Assembly (NCBI GenBank): GCA_944382715.1
Contig: CALWNC010000006.1
Span: 13,642 to 77,641 of the forward strand
DNA length: 64,000 nt
Reading direction: 5' to 3'
From: an uncultured Clostridia bacterium
GTDB taxonomy: Bacteria; Bacillota; Clostridia; Christensenellales; UBA1242
The position numbers were made by a program, and so were the translations under genes. This document shows positions 18,441 through 26,681 of the stretch, piece by piece (position 1 is the first letter of the stretch; each line of letters opens with the position of its first letter). The notes beneath the pieces were generated by a model. It was not told the DNA's origin. It searched no databases and saw nothing but the letters and a program-made list of their open reading frames with translations.

Positions 18441-21056
18441 ATGGAAATTTATGTTAATAGTGAAGAAACATTGATGCAAAATATTTCACAAATTAAACTT
18501 GCACAAAAAAAATTCTCCACATACTCGCAAAAGCAGGTTGATGACATTTTTAGAGCAGTTGCAGTAGTTGCTAACGAAAATAGAATTGAACTTGCTCAAA
18601 TGGCATATGAAGAAACTGGTATGGGAGTTATGGAGGATAAGGTAATAAAAAATCATTTTGCGTCTGAATATATCTATAACTGCTATAAAAATGAAAAGAC
18701 AGTAGGTATTATTGAAGAGGATACTGCTTATGGTTATGCTAGAGTTGCTGACCCAATTGGTATCATTGCAGCCATTGTACCAACAACAAATCCAACTTCA
18801 ACTGTTATATTTAAAATTTTACTTGCACTAAAAACAAGAAATGGTATTATTATCAGTCCACACCCAAGAGCAAAAAAATGTACAATAGCAACAGCAAAGC
18901 TTTTACTTGATGCAGCAGTTAAAGCTGGAGCTCCTGAAGATATTATAGGCTGGATTGATGAGCCAAGCGTAGAGTTATCAAGTCTTGTAATGAAAAATTG
19001 TCACATAATTTTAGCAACTGGTGGTCCAGGAATGGTTAAGGCAGCTTATTCATCAGGTAAGCCTGCCATTGGTGTAGGTCCAGGAAATACTCCTGCCATT
19101 ATTGATAAAACGGCAGATATTTTATTGGCTGTAAACTCAATAATACATTCTAAAACATTTGATAATGGTATGATTTGTGCTAGTGAGCAGTCAGTTTTAA
19201 TAGATGAATCAATATACTCAAAAGTTAAGAAAGAATTTGAGTATAGAAATTGTTATTTCCTAAAAGAAGATGAAAAGCAAAAACTTAGAGAATTAATGTT
19301 TGCTGGAGATAAATTAAATGCCAACATTGTAGGTAAATCTGCAGAATACATTGCCGAGCAGGCAGGCATTAAAGTTCCAGAAGGTACTAAGATATTAATG
19401 GCTGAAATTGACAACTATGATGTTGATGAAGAAGTTTTAGCAAGAGAAAAACTTTCCCCAGTACTTGCAGTTTATAAGTATGATACATATGAAAATGCCA
19501 TTATAAATGCTAAGAAGCTAATTAAAGAGGGTGGATATGGTCATACTGCCTCTCTCTATATTAATACTGTCACAGAAAAAGAAAAACTTGCTTACTATGA
19601 AGATAAAATGAGAGCTTGTAGAATTCTAGTAAATACACCTTCTTCATTTGGTGGAATTGGCGATCTTTATAACTTCAAAATGAAACCATCTTTGACACTT
19701 GGTTGTGGTACTTGGGGTGGTAACTCTGTTTCAGAAAATGTTGGTGTAAAACACTTATTAAATATTAAAACTGTAGCAATTAGGAGAGAAAATATGTTGT
19801 GGCTTAGACTTCCAGAAAAGGTTTATTTCAAAAAGGATTGCTTGCCTGAGGCATTAAAAGAATTAAAATCTGTTCTAAATAAAAAAAGAGTATTTATTGT
19901 TACTGATAAATTCTTGTACCAAAATGGCTATGTTAATAATATCATCAAAGTTTTAAATGATATGGACATTGCAAATCAAGTTTTCTTTGATGTACCATCT
20001 GACCCAACACTTTCTTGTGCTAAAAAGGGTGCTGAGGTTATGACTGCTTTTGCTCCTGACGCAATTATTGCGGTTGGTGGTGGTTCTGCAATGGACGCTG
20101 GTAAGATAATGTGGGTTCTTTATGAACACCCAGAAGTTAATTTTGCCGATATGGCAATGAGATTCTGTGACATCAGAAAGAGAGTTTATACATTCCCTAA
20201 AATGGGTGAAAAGGCATACTTTATAGCCGTTCCTACTAGTTCTGGTACAGGTTCTGAAGTTACTCCTTTCGCTGTTATTACTGACGATGAAACGGGAATT
20301 AAGTATCCTCTTGCAGACTATGCACTGTTGCCTAATATGAGTATTGTTGATACTGATATGATGATGAGTGCACCTAAGGGTCTTACTGCTGCTTCTGGTA
20401 TTGATGCTCTAATTCATAGTTTGGAGGCATATGTTTCAGTTATGGCATCTGATTACACAGATGGTTTGGCACTTCAAGCAATTAAAATTATATTTGAATA
20501 TCTTCCAAGGGCTTATGATAATGGTCAAACAGATTATATTGCTCGTGAAAAAATGGCAAACGCAGCAACAATGGCTGGTATTGCTTTTGCAAATGCATTT
20601 TTAGGTGTTTGTCACTCATTAGCTCACAAACTTGGTGCTTATCACCACATTGCACACGGTATTGCTAATGCACTTGTAATTGATGAAGTTATTCGCTTTA
20701 ACTCAAGTGAAAAACCAACAAAAATGGGTCTTTTCCCACAATATGACCACCCAAAAACGCTTCATAGATATGCTGAAATTGCAGATATGCTTGGACTTAA
20801 GGGTAAAAATGATGAAGAAAAGATGGAGGCACTTATTAAGGCAATTGATGAACTTAAAGAAAAAATTGGAATTAAAAAGACAATTGCTGACTATGGTATT
20901 ACTGAAGAGAATTTCCTAGCAACTCTTGACGATATGAGTTTAAAGGCTTTTGATGATCAATGTACTGGTGCAAACCCAAGATACCCACTTGTTTCTGAAC
21001 TTAAGCAAATGTATCTAAATGCGTTCTATGGAACACCGGGCAAAAATATTAGATAG
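18441..21056 (+). CDS. adhE: Bifunctional acetaldehyde-CoA / alcohol dehydrogenase
   Basis: N-terminal ALDH domain with catalytic Cys (NGMICASEQ). C-terminal iron-ADH domain (GGGSAMDAGK, HSLAHKLG). Length of 871 aa is typical. Confidence 0.95.
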   Translation: MEIYVNSEETLMQNISQIKLAQKKFSTYSQKQVDDIFRAVAVVANENRIELAQMAYEETGMGVMEDKVIKNHFASEYIYNCYKNEKTVGIIEEDTAYGYARVADPIGIIAAIVPTTNPTSTVIFKILLALKTRNGIIISPHPRAKKCTIATAKLLLDAAVKAGAPEDIIGWIDEPSVELSSLVMKNCHIILATGGPGMVKAAYSSGKPAIGVGPGNTPAIIDKTADILLAVNSIIHSKTFDNGMICASEQSVLIDESIYSKVKKEFEYRNCYFLKEDEKQKLRELMFAGDKLNANIVGKSAEYIAEQAGIKVPEGTKILMAEIDNYDVDEEVLAREKLSPVLAVYKYDTYENAIINAKKLIKEGGYGHTASLYINTVTEKEKLAYYEDKMRACRILVNTPSSFGGIGDLYNFKMKPSLTLGCGTWGGNSVSENVGVKHLLNIKTVAIRRENMLWLRLPEKVYFKKDCLPEALKELKSVLNKKRVFIVTDKFLYQNGYVNNIIKVLNDMDIANQVFFDVPSDPTLSCAKKGAEVMTAFAPDAIIAVGGGSAMDAGKIMWVLYEHPEVNFADMAMRFCDIRKRVYTFPKMGEKAYFIAVPTSSGTGSEVTPFAVITDDETGIKYPLADYALLPNMSIVDTDMMMSAPKGLTAASGIDALIHSLEAYVSVMASDYTDGLALQAIKIIFEYLPRAYDNGQTDYIAREKMANAATMAGIAFANAFLGVCHSLAHKLGAYHHIAHGIANALVIDEVIRFNSSEKPTKMGLFPQYDHPKTLHRYAEIADMLGLKGKNDEEKMEALIKAIDELKEKIGIKKTIADYGITEENFLATLDDMSLKAFDDQCTGANPRYPLVSELKQMYLNAFYGTPGKNIR

Positions 21057-21063
21057 TATAAAA

Positions 21064-21109
21064 ATAACTCTTAATTTTGAGGTCAACTCAATTTAAGAGT
21101 TATTTTTTT
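21064..21109 (+). terminator. Rho-independent terminator after adhE
   Basis: ataactcttaa ... ttaagagttat 11-bp arms followed by T6. Confidence 0.7.
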
Positions 21110-21315
21110 ATATTTAAATATAATTTTTTCTTTTGGTTTTATTTCATTATTATTTTAATTAAAAATTTGCTCTTTGAAATTCCAAGAATTAAAAGTTGTT
21201 TTATTGAAAATTAATTATAATTAAATTAAAATAATTTTAGTCTTGAAAATATTTTAATCTTGATGTATAATATTAATAGATTAAATTTTAATGATTGTGT
21301 AATAGGGTGGTGACT

Positions 21316-21525
21316 ATGGAAAATATTGATTGGGAGAAAGTATTAGATAAGGGTGAAAAAGATATGCTTTTAGCCGATGCCATCAGCAAACAAATTAAAG
21401 AGGAGCGTAAAAACTCACCAGAAAACTACGATTCAAAATCAGTAATGGAGAGAGTTAAAAAAGAGCTAGATAAAAATCACATTGATGCAATTAATGTAAC
21501 GGATAATGGTGGTAAAAGAGGATAG
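21316..21525 (+). CDS. Small charged protein (69 aa), possible partner/antitoxin of the downstream PIN-like protein
   Basis: ATG 21316 follows gggtgg. Stops 4 nt before the next ATG. No recognisable fold. Confidence 0.45.
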   Translation: MENIDWEKVLDKGEKDMLLADAISKQIKEERKNSPENYDSKSVMERVKKELDKNHIDAINVTDNGGKRG

Positions 21526-21529
21526 TGTT

Positions 21530-22537
21530 ATGAGAAATGTTATGGTTGATTCCTGCGTATTTTTTGGTATGATAGAATACAATAATTTTGTCAGAGAGTA
21601 TGGCGTTGAAAATTTGCAAAAGTATATTGATTTGCGTAAATCTATGTTATTAGAATTATCTAAAACTTTAAAGAAATCTCTTGGGAATGATTTTATAGTT
21701 CAATTTTCAAATTTATCTTTTGACGAACAGGTTGAAAAATATAAGGAATATTCAACAAATTCAATAAATAATTGTATAAAAGACATTGAAAAAAATAAAA
21801 GAATTGCTTCGGGAGAAGTTAGTCCGTATATTACTGAGGAGAAGAAGAAAAAAGCTCTTGAAGAGATAGAAATAACTACTAAAAAGCTCAATTCTATAAC
21901 TCCTTATGAAAGTGTCGAAAAATTAATTAATACTTACAGAATTTACAGAAACTCACTCAGTTCTGGCTTACTCTATCAAGGGGCAATAAATGGCGATTAT
22001 AAGCTTTTTGTAAATGCTTATAGCTATGACGAAATTTTAAATCATTCACATGAGTCTGATAATCCAGATTGGCTATTTTTTCCTAGAGAACAAATTGATT
22101 CTTTAAGTACACTATTTACTAAAATTTATACAACTTCTCCAACCCTTATTGAAAAAATTGATAAACTTGCAGAAAGTTACAGAACTGAAAACAACTTACC
22201 TAACGATAGGGCAATGGACAAGGATATCAATTCTGTTAATGAATATGGCGATTCTAAAATTGCAGCATTCTCGAATCTTGTAGGTATTGATTTAGTTACT
22301 CACAACGCAAAAGATTTTATAGTTGATAAAAGTCATGGCAAAAATAATTGTTACATTAAAAATCATTTGCAAAATGTGAATAAAAGCTTTGAAGGTGCTA
22401 CTGATGCAACTGTATATACGGCTGTTGATTTTGTTTCAAAAAAGATTCCCGAACCCACTATTGCTTCAAAACTTAAGATTGGAAGTCAATCCAAAGCGAA
22501 CTCTTCTTTTTATGAAGAAAGAAATATGGAATTGTAA
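21530..22537 (+). CDS. PIN-like nuclease-fold protein with large helical insertions (335 aa)
   Basis: SD aaagagga lies 7 nt before the ATG. Ordered PIN acidic positions: VMVDSCVFF, YSYDEILNH, and YGDSKIAAFSNLVGIDLVTHNAKDF. Confidence 0.55.
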   Translation: MRNVMVDSCVFFGMIEYNNFVREYGVENLQKYIDLRKSMLLELSKTLKKSLGNDFIVQFSNLSFDEQVEKYKEYSTNSINNCIKDIEKNKRIASGEVSPYITEEKKKKALEEIEITTKKLNSITPYESVEKLINTYRIYRNSLSSGLLYQGAINGDYKLFVNAYSYDEILNHSHESDNPDWLFFPREQIDSLSTLFTKIYTTSPTLIEKIDKLAESYRTENNLPNDRAMDKDINSVNEYGDSKIAAFSNLVGIDLVTHNAKDFIVDKSHGKNNCYIKNHLQNVNKSFEGATDATVYTAVDFVSKKIPEPTIASKLKIGSQSKANSSFYEERNMEL

Positions 22538-22727
22538 TTTAATAAAAAATCATGCTACAAAAATTTAGTCTGATTTTTTAATTAGATAATTCGTAGCAAA
22601 ATTATTAGAAAAAAAGGAAAATAAATTATTATGAACAACTAAAATATCCCCAAAGGCAATCAATTATTTGTTTTTATATTTCGGCTTTTAATGATTATGA
22701 TAAAATTTGATAAATTTAAAAATTAAA

Positions 22728-22757
22728 AAAGATAGTAATTAACTATCTTTATTTTTT
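22728..22757. terminator. Bidirectional hairpin between convergent genes
   Basis: aaagatagt / aatta / actatcttt flanked by A-run and T-run. The stop codon of the minus-strand ORF lies in the loop. Confidence 0.5.
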
Positions 22758-23041
22758 ATAACAATTTGAATATAAGGACACATAGAAATGCAGTTAAGGA
22801 CTAAATCCTCATGTTTAAATATACAGTCACAGATTTGGTTAGTAAGTGAAATAGGCAGATTTAAATTGTCAATTTCTAGTAAGCTGTCTTGCATTTTGTT
22901 AAGGTACTCTTTATTGTCGTCTACAGTGTGTAAATATTCATAAAAAAACTCAAGAATAGTGTTTGAGCAATTAGTTTTAGTCTCGTGAAAATCATAATTA
23001 TTTAATTTTCTTTTTTTGTTTTTGTTTTCTTGTTTTAACAT
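22739..23041 (-). CDS. Hypothetical 100-aa protein, divergent from the XRE gene
   Basis: ATG 23041 with SD ggagaac. Lys-rich N-terminus and four Cys in the C-terminal third. No family recognised. Confidence 0.5.
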   Translation of the reverse strand: MLKQENKNKKRKLNNYDFHETKTNCSNTILEFFYEYLHTVDDNKEYLNKMQDSLLEIDNLNLPISLTNQICDCIFKHEDLVLNCISMCPYIQIVIKNKDS

Positions 23042-23228
23042 TGTTTTGTTCTCCTTTTAAAAATATAATAAAATATACGATTATATACTTTTATTAAAAT
23101 AATTATATGCAAATATATATAAATTTGCAACAAAATTTATACATTTGTATAAAGAACTTTAAAAAATTTAATACAATTTGACTTTTTATATAAAAATAAA
23201 TACCTTAAACTAAGGAGATTTTTATTTT

Positions 23229-23540
23229 ATGAGATTAAAAGAGTTGAGAGAAATAAAGAAAATAACACAATCTAAGCTGGCACGAGAAATAAATATGCCT
23301 TTAATAACTTATACTAAATATGAGAATAATATTAGAGAGCCAAAATTGGAAATACTTATTAAATTAGCAAACTATTATGGGGTAACACTAGATTATTTAG
23401 TTGGTCGTGAATTTAATAATGAATTTGGATATTTAGGCGAAGATGAAAAAGAACTACTGAAAGCATACAGAACCTTAAATAGAGATAATAAATTTAAATT
23501 GCTAGGAGAGGCTCAAGGAATGTCTAAGGCACAAGGTTAA
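23229..23540 (+). CDS. XRE-family helix-turn-helix transcriptional regulator
   Basis: Classic Cro/C1 HTH (LKELREIKKITQSKLAREINMPLITYTKYENNIREPKLEILIKLANYYGVTLDYLVG). SD aaggag. Confidence 0.85.
   Translation: MRLKELREIKKITQSKLAREINMPLITYTKYENNIREPKLEILIKLANYYGVTLDYLVGREFNNEFGYLGEDEKELLKAYRTLNRDNKFKLLGEAQGMSKAQG
23382..23428 (+). repeat. 47-bp exact repeat, copy 1 (inside XRE gene 1)
   Basis: gtaacactagattatttagttggtcgtgaatttaataatgaatttgg is identical to 24094-24140. Confidence 0.9.
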
Positions 23541-23952
23541 ATAATTAAACTAGTTTTTAAATTAAATTACTAATTTGAAACTTTATAGATTATTTTTATT
23601 TATATTAAAAAATATTTTACTCTAATACAAAAACTTTTTACAAAATTAAAAAATTCAATAATTGGGTTTAAAACTCCAATTTTTATTTGTAAATTTTTTT
23701 GAAAATTTAAAATTTCTCCTTATTTATATTTTTTGTTTTTACATTGTTTTGCTCTTCAATTTAAAAATTTAACAATTTATTAATTATTATAATTAAAATA
23801 TTAACAAAATGTTATTTTTATCAATAATAAATTAACATTTTATTTATTTTTTAATTAAAAAAAATAAATATTTGTTTATTTTGAACATAAATTTTATACT
23901 ATAAATATTAAATCTAAAGGAATAGTTTTTATGGATATAAATAATCTAACAA

Positions 23953-24252
23953 TTGTTGAGAAAACAAAATAATAAAACCCAAGCAGAGATTGCCAAATTA
24001 TTAAGTATTACATCTGCTGGATATAATAATTATGAGAAAAAAAAGACTGAACCAAGTATTGACATTTTAGTTAAACTTGCTGATTATTATAATGTAACAC
24101 TAGATTATTTAGTTGGTCGTGAATTTAATAATGAATTTGGGTATTTAAATGACAAAGAGAAAAAGCTAGTCTCAATGTTTAGGCAAATGAACAACGACAA
24201 TCAACTTACACTATTTGCAGAAGCAAAGGGCATTTTGATTTCTCAAAAATAG
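23953..24252 (+). CDS. XRE-family HTH regulator, paralogue of 23229..23540; 5' end possibly frameshifted
   Basis: HTH TQAEIAKLLSITSAGYNNYEKKKTEPSIDILVKLADYYNVTLDYLVG. The ORF can only start at a TTG with no SD, whereas an ATG with SD (aaagga) at 23931 is 1 nt out of frame. Confidence 0.55.
   Translation: MLRKQNNKTQAEIAKLLSITSAGYNNYEKKKTEPSIDILVKLADYYNVTLDYLVGREFNNEFGYLNDKEKKLVSMFRQMNNDNQLTLFAEAKGILISQK
24094..24140 (+). repeat. 47-bp exact repeat, copy 2 (inside XRE gene 2)
   Basis: Identical to 23382-23428, while the flanking coding sequence is strongly diverged. Confidence 0.9.
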
Positions 24253-24477
24253 TTTTTAATATATTTATAAATTATATCCATAAAAAATTTGTAATAAAAA
24301 ACAATAGTTATCTAATGCTAGTAATGCAAATTTTTATAGTGTGATTTTGTTAATTATTGTTAATATATGATTGCAAATGAATTAAATTATTTTATAAATT
24401 TTTTTGCTATGTAAATTTTTAAAAAGAAAAACACAACATATATTTCAATTATATGCTGTGTTAATTATCAAAAAAAT

Positions 24478-24745
24478 GTCGTGCACAGTATTCGCCATTT
24501 GAAACCGAAGTGGAAACCAAGTAGCCAGCTCCAACAAAGCTACCCCAAGGCACATAAAATGTCTTGCTTAGTGCTGCTGCGGTCAAGCTCTGACACGGTT
24601 CACAAGGTTTTATTGCTTAGGACCTTGTTATCAACACTACTTGCTTGGTGCAACCTCCCATAACAAATGTCTAGTACTGCGGTCAATCCTGCTATAGTAG
24701 ATCTCAGGTTACAGGGCACTACTAGCTCCCCATTTAGCACGACAC
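24478..24745 (-). ncRNA. ffs: Signal recognition particle RNA, long Bacillus-type (scRNA) with Alu domain
   Basis: GC-rich island in AT-rich DNA. The minus strand reads GUCGUGCUAAAUGGGGAGCUAGUAGUGCCCUGUAACCUG...CUAUAGCAGG (Alu domain, as in B. subtilis scRNA), then GAACCGUGUCAG...GCAGCAGCACUAAG (domain IV), then CUGUGCACGAC. The terminal helix is GUCGUGC/GCACGAC, followed by a T-run. Confidence 0.87.
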
Positions 24746-24749
24746 TATA

Positions 24750-24777
24750 ATTATAACATATTTTTATATCTAGTCAA
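24750..24777 (-). promoter_or_regulatory. Sigma-A-type promoter of the SRP RNA
   Basis: On the minus strand: TTGACT (24777-24772), 16-nt spacer, TATAAT (24755-24750), then about 5-6 nt to the first nt of the terminal helix. Confidence 0.65.
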
Positions 24778-25089
24778 GCAAAATTTTTAAAATCTTATGT
24801 CGCTAATATTTATATCTATATAATAAACTTAAATAATAAATTGTTATTTTGTGGCAAATTAAAAAATTAAATACACATACTAAGTAAAATGGCATAAAAC
24901 CATTTTAATTTTCTTTTATCAAAATATTTATTAAAAAATTATTTAAATTTAAAAATATAATAAAATTAATTTTGACTATATACTTACTTTTTGGTAAAAT
25001 TATATAAAACGTTATTTTTCTTAAATGAGATTTTAACCGAAAAGTATTGACTTTAAGTAAAAAAATATCCATAATAACTAGGAGATTTT

Positions 25090-25809
25090 ATGCAAACTGA
25101 AAATCCAAAAGCAAGACGATTTATATCTGCTTATAACAGGTTAGACCAAGGTTTAAGGGACATTTATTCAATTAAAAGGTCACTTACTTTTACGGACATG
25201 ATTAGAAAAGTTGCAACTGTTAACACTGTGGTAGCTAAGTTTGAAGAGGATTTAATAGATTATGGTAGGCTCAGAAATGCAATTGTACATAGAAGCAGTG
25301 ACGAAGTAATTGCAGAGCCAAACATTGAAGTTGTGGAAAAATTGGAAAAAATAGCTAGACTTATAAACACTCCACCTAAGGTACTTGATTGTTTAAAAAA
25401 GCGTAAAGTCTATTCTATTCAGGGAGATACAACTTTTAAAGAAGTTGTAACTGAGATGGGAAAATCGGGATATTCTATTGTTCCCGTATACATTTCTGGT
25501 ACACTAATTGGTGTGCTTAATAGAAAAATGATAGTTGACACTATTGCTAAATTTATAAGTTCAGGTAAGAGTCTTGAAAAGGAGATTGAAGAACCAATTA
25601 GTGAGTGTACAAACATTTTTTATGAAACTAACCACTATGAAATTGTTCCAAAAAATATCACTGTTGAGAATTTAATGTATATGTTTGGGCAAAATCGAAA
25701 GCTTTCAAGTGTTATTTTAACGGAAAATGGAAATTACAATGAGCCACCAATAGCCGTGGTGGTGAGTGCTGATATTATTGATTTAAACAAAATTTTGGAT
25801 AACTATTAG
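25090..25809 (+). CDS. CBS-pair protein with an N-terminal HEPN-like helical domain (Rx4H motif)
   Basis: SD aggag. Residues 105-239 form two CBS motifs (VYSIQGDTTFKEVVTEM...IVPVYISGTLIGVLNRKMI and YEIVPKNITVENLMYMF...IAVVVSADIIDL). Residues 1-100 are helical and contain DYGRLRNAIVHRS (R62-x4-H67). Confidence 0.7.
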   Translation: MQTENPKARRFISAYNRLDQGLRDIYSIKRSLTFTDMIRKVATVNTVVAKFEEDLIDYGRLRNAIVHRSSDEVIAEPNIEVVEKLEKIARLINTPPKVLDCLKKRKVYSIQGDTTFKEVVTEMGKSGYSIVPVYISGTLIGVLNRKMIVDTIAKFISSGKSLEKEIEEPISECTNIFYETNHYEIVPKNITVENLMYMFGQNRKLSSVILTENGNYNEPPIAVVVSADIIDLNKILDNY

Positions 25810-25817
25810 GAAATATT

Positions 25818-26681
25818 ATGAAAATTGCAAATGATTGGAAAGAGTATAAGGTAATTGCGACTGGTGATGGGGAAAAACTTGAAGATTGGAATGGTGTTAT
25901 TTTGCTTAGACCCGATCCACAAGTAATTTGGCATTCAAAGGAAAATTTATCAAAATATAAGGGCTTAAATGCTTGGTATCATAGAAGTGAAACTGGTGGT
26001 GGCAACTGGCAATATTTAAAAAAGACCCCAGAAGAATGGCAGATTAAATATAAAAATTTAACCTTTTCACTAAAAACGATGGGCTTTAAGCATACTGGTC
26101 TTTTTCCTGAACAAGCTTATAACTGGGACAGAATGATAGAATTAATCAAAAACTCTAAAAGAGATATTAGTGTGCTTAATTTATTTGGTTATACTGGTGG
26201 TGCAACTGTTGCGTGTGCATCTGCAGGGGCTAGTGTTTGCCATGTAGATGCTGCTAAAAATATGGTTGAAAGATGTAAGGAAAATATTAGACTTTCTGGA
26301 CTTGAAAACGCTAAAGTAAGATATATTGTTGATGATTGCACAAAATTTGTGACGAGAGAAATTAAGCGTGGTCATAAATATGATGCCATTATTATGGATC
26401 CACCAAGTTATGGCAGAGGTGCAAATGGTGAGGTTTGGAAACTTGAAAATAGTCTTTTTGATTTTGTAAACCTTTGCAGGCAGGTACTGTCCGAAAAACC
26501 TCTTTTTGTTTTGATTAATAGTTATACAACGGGGCTTGGTGCCACTGTTTTAGAAAATATTTTGAAACTTTCTCTTGGTGATTTTAAGGGAAAATTTGAG
26601 GCATATGAGCTATGTCTACCTACAAATGAGGGAATTTTACTTCCTTGTGGCACAAGTGGAATATTTATTGGAGAAAACTAA
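25818..26681 (+). CDS. Class I SAM-dependent RNA methyltransferase (RlmI/RlmK-like catalytic domain)
   Basis: LNLFGYTGGATVACASAGASVCHVDAAKNMV (SAM motif I and post-I) and AIIMDPPSYGRG (motif IV DPP) match the Methyltrans_SAM family. No PUA domain. Confidence 0.78.
   Translation: MKIANDWKEYKVIATGDGEKLEDWNGVILLRPDPQVIWHSKENLSKYKGLNAWYHRSETGGGNWQYLKKTPEEWQIKYKNLTFSLKTMGFKHTGLFPEQAYNWDRMIELIKNSKRDISVLNLFGYTGGATVACASAGASVCHVDAAKNMVERCKENIRLSGLENAKVRYIVDDCTKFVTREIKRGHKYDAIIMDPPSYGRGANGEVWKLENSLFDFVNLCRQVLSEKPLFVLINSYTTGLGATVLENILKLSLGDFKGKFEAYELCLPTNEGILLPCGTSGIFIGEN

Noticed and set aside
23541-23952. Very AT-rich 410-bp intergenic region, inspected for a CRISPR array, tandem repeats or a small ORF
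   Set aside because: There is no regularly spaced direct repeat and no spacer structure. Only low-complexity A/T runs and a weak resemblance to the 23037-23065 start region are present (this is reported within the XRE duplication finding).
24481-24663. Track ORF of 60 aa (MHSIRHLKPKWKPSSQ...) in a GC-rich patch
   Set aside because: It lies entirely within, and antisense to, the SRP RNA, which has its own promoter, terminal helix and T-run. It has no SD. It is an ORF artefact of a structured RNA gene.
21060-25080. Prophage or mobile element explaining the AT-rich accessory stretch
   Set aside because: No integrase, recombinase, transposase, terminal inverted repeats or flanking tRNA/att-like direct repeats are visible. 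SRP RNA genes can be integration targets, but I see no duplicated 3' end of ffs. It is called only an accessory islet.
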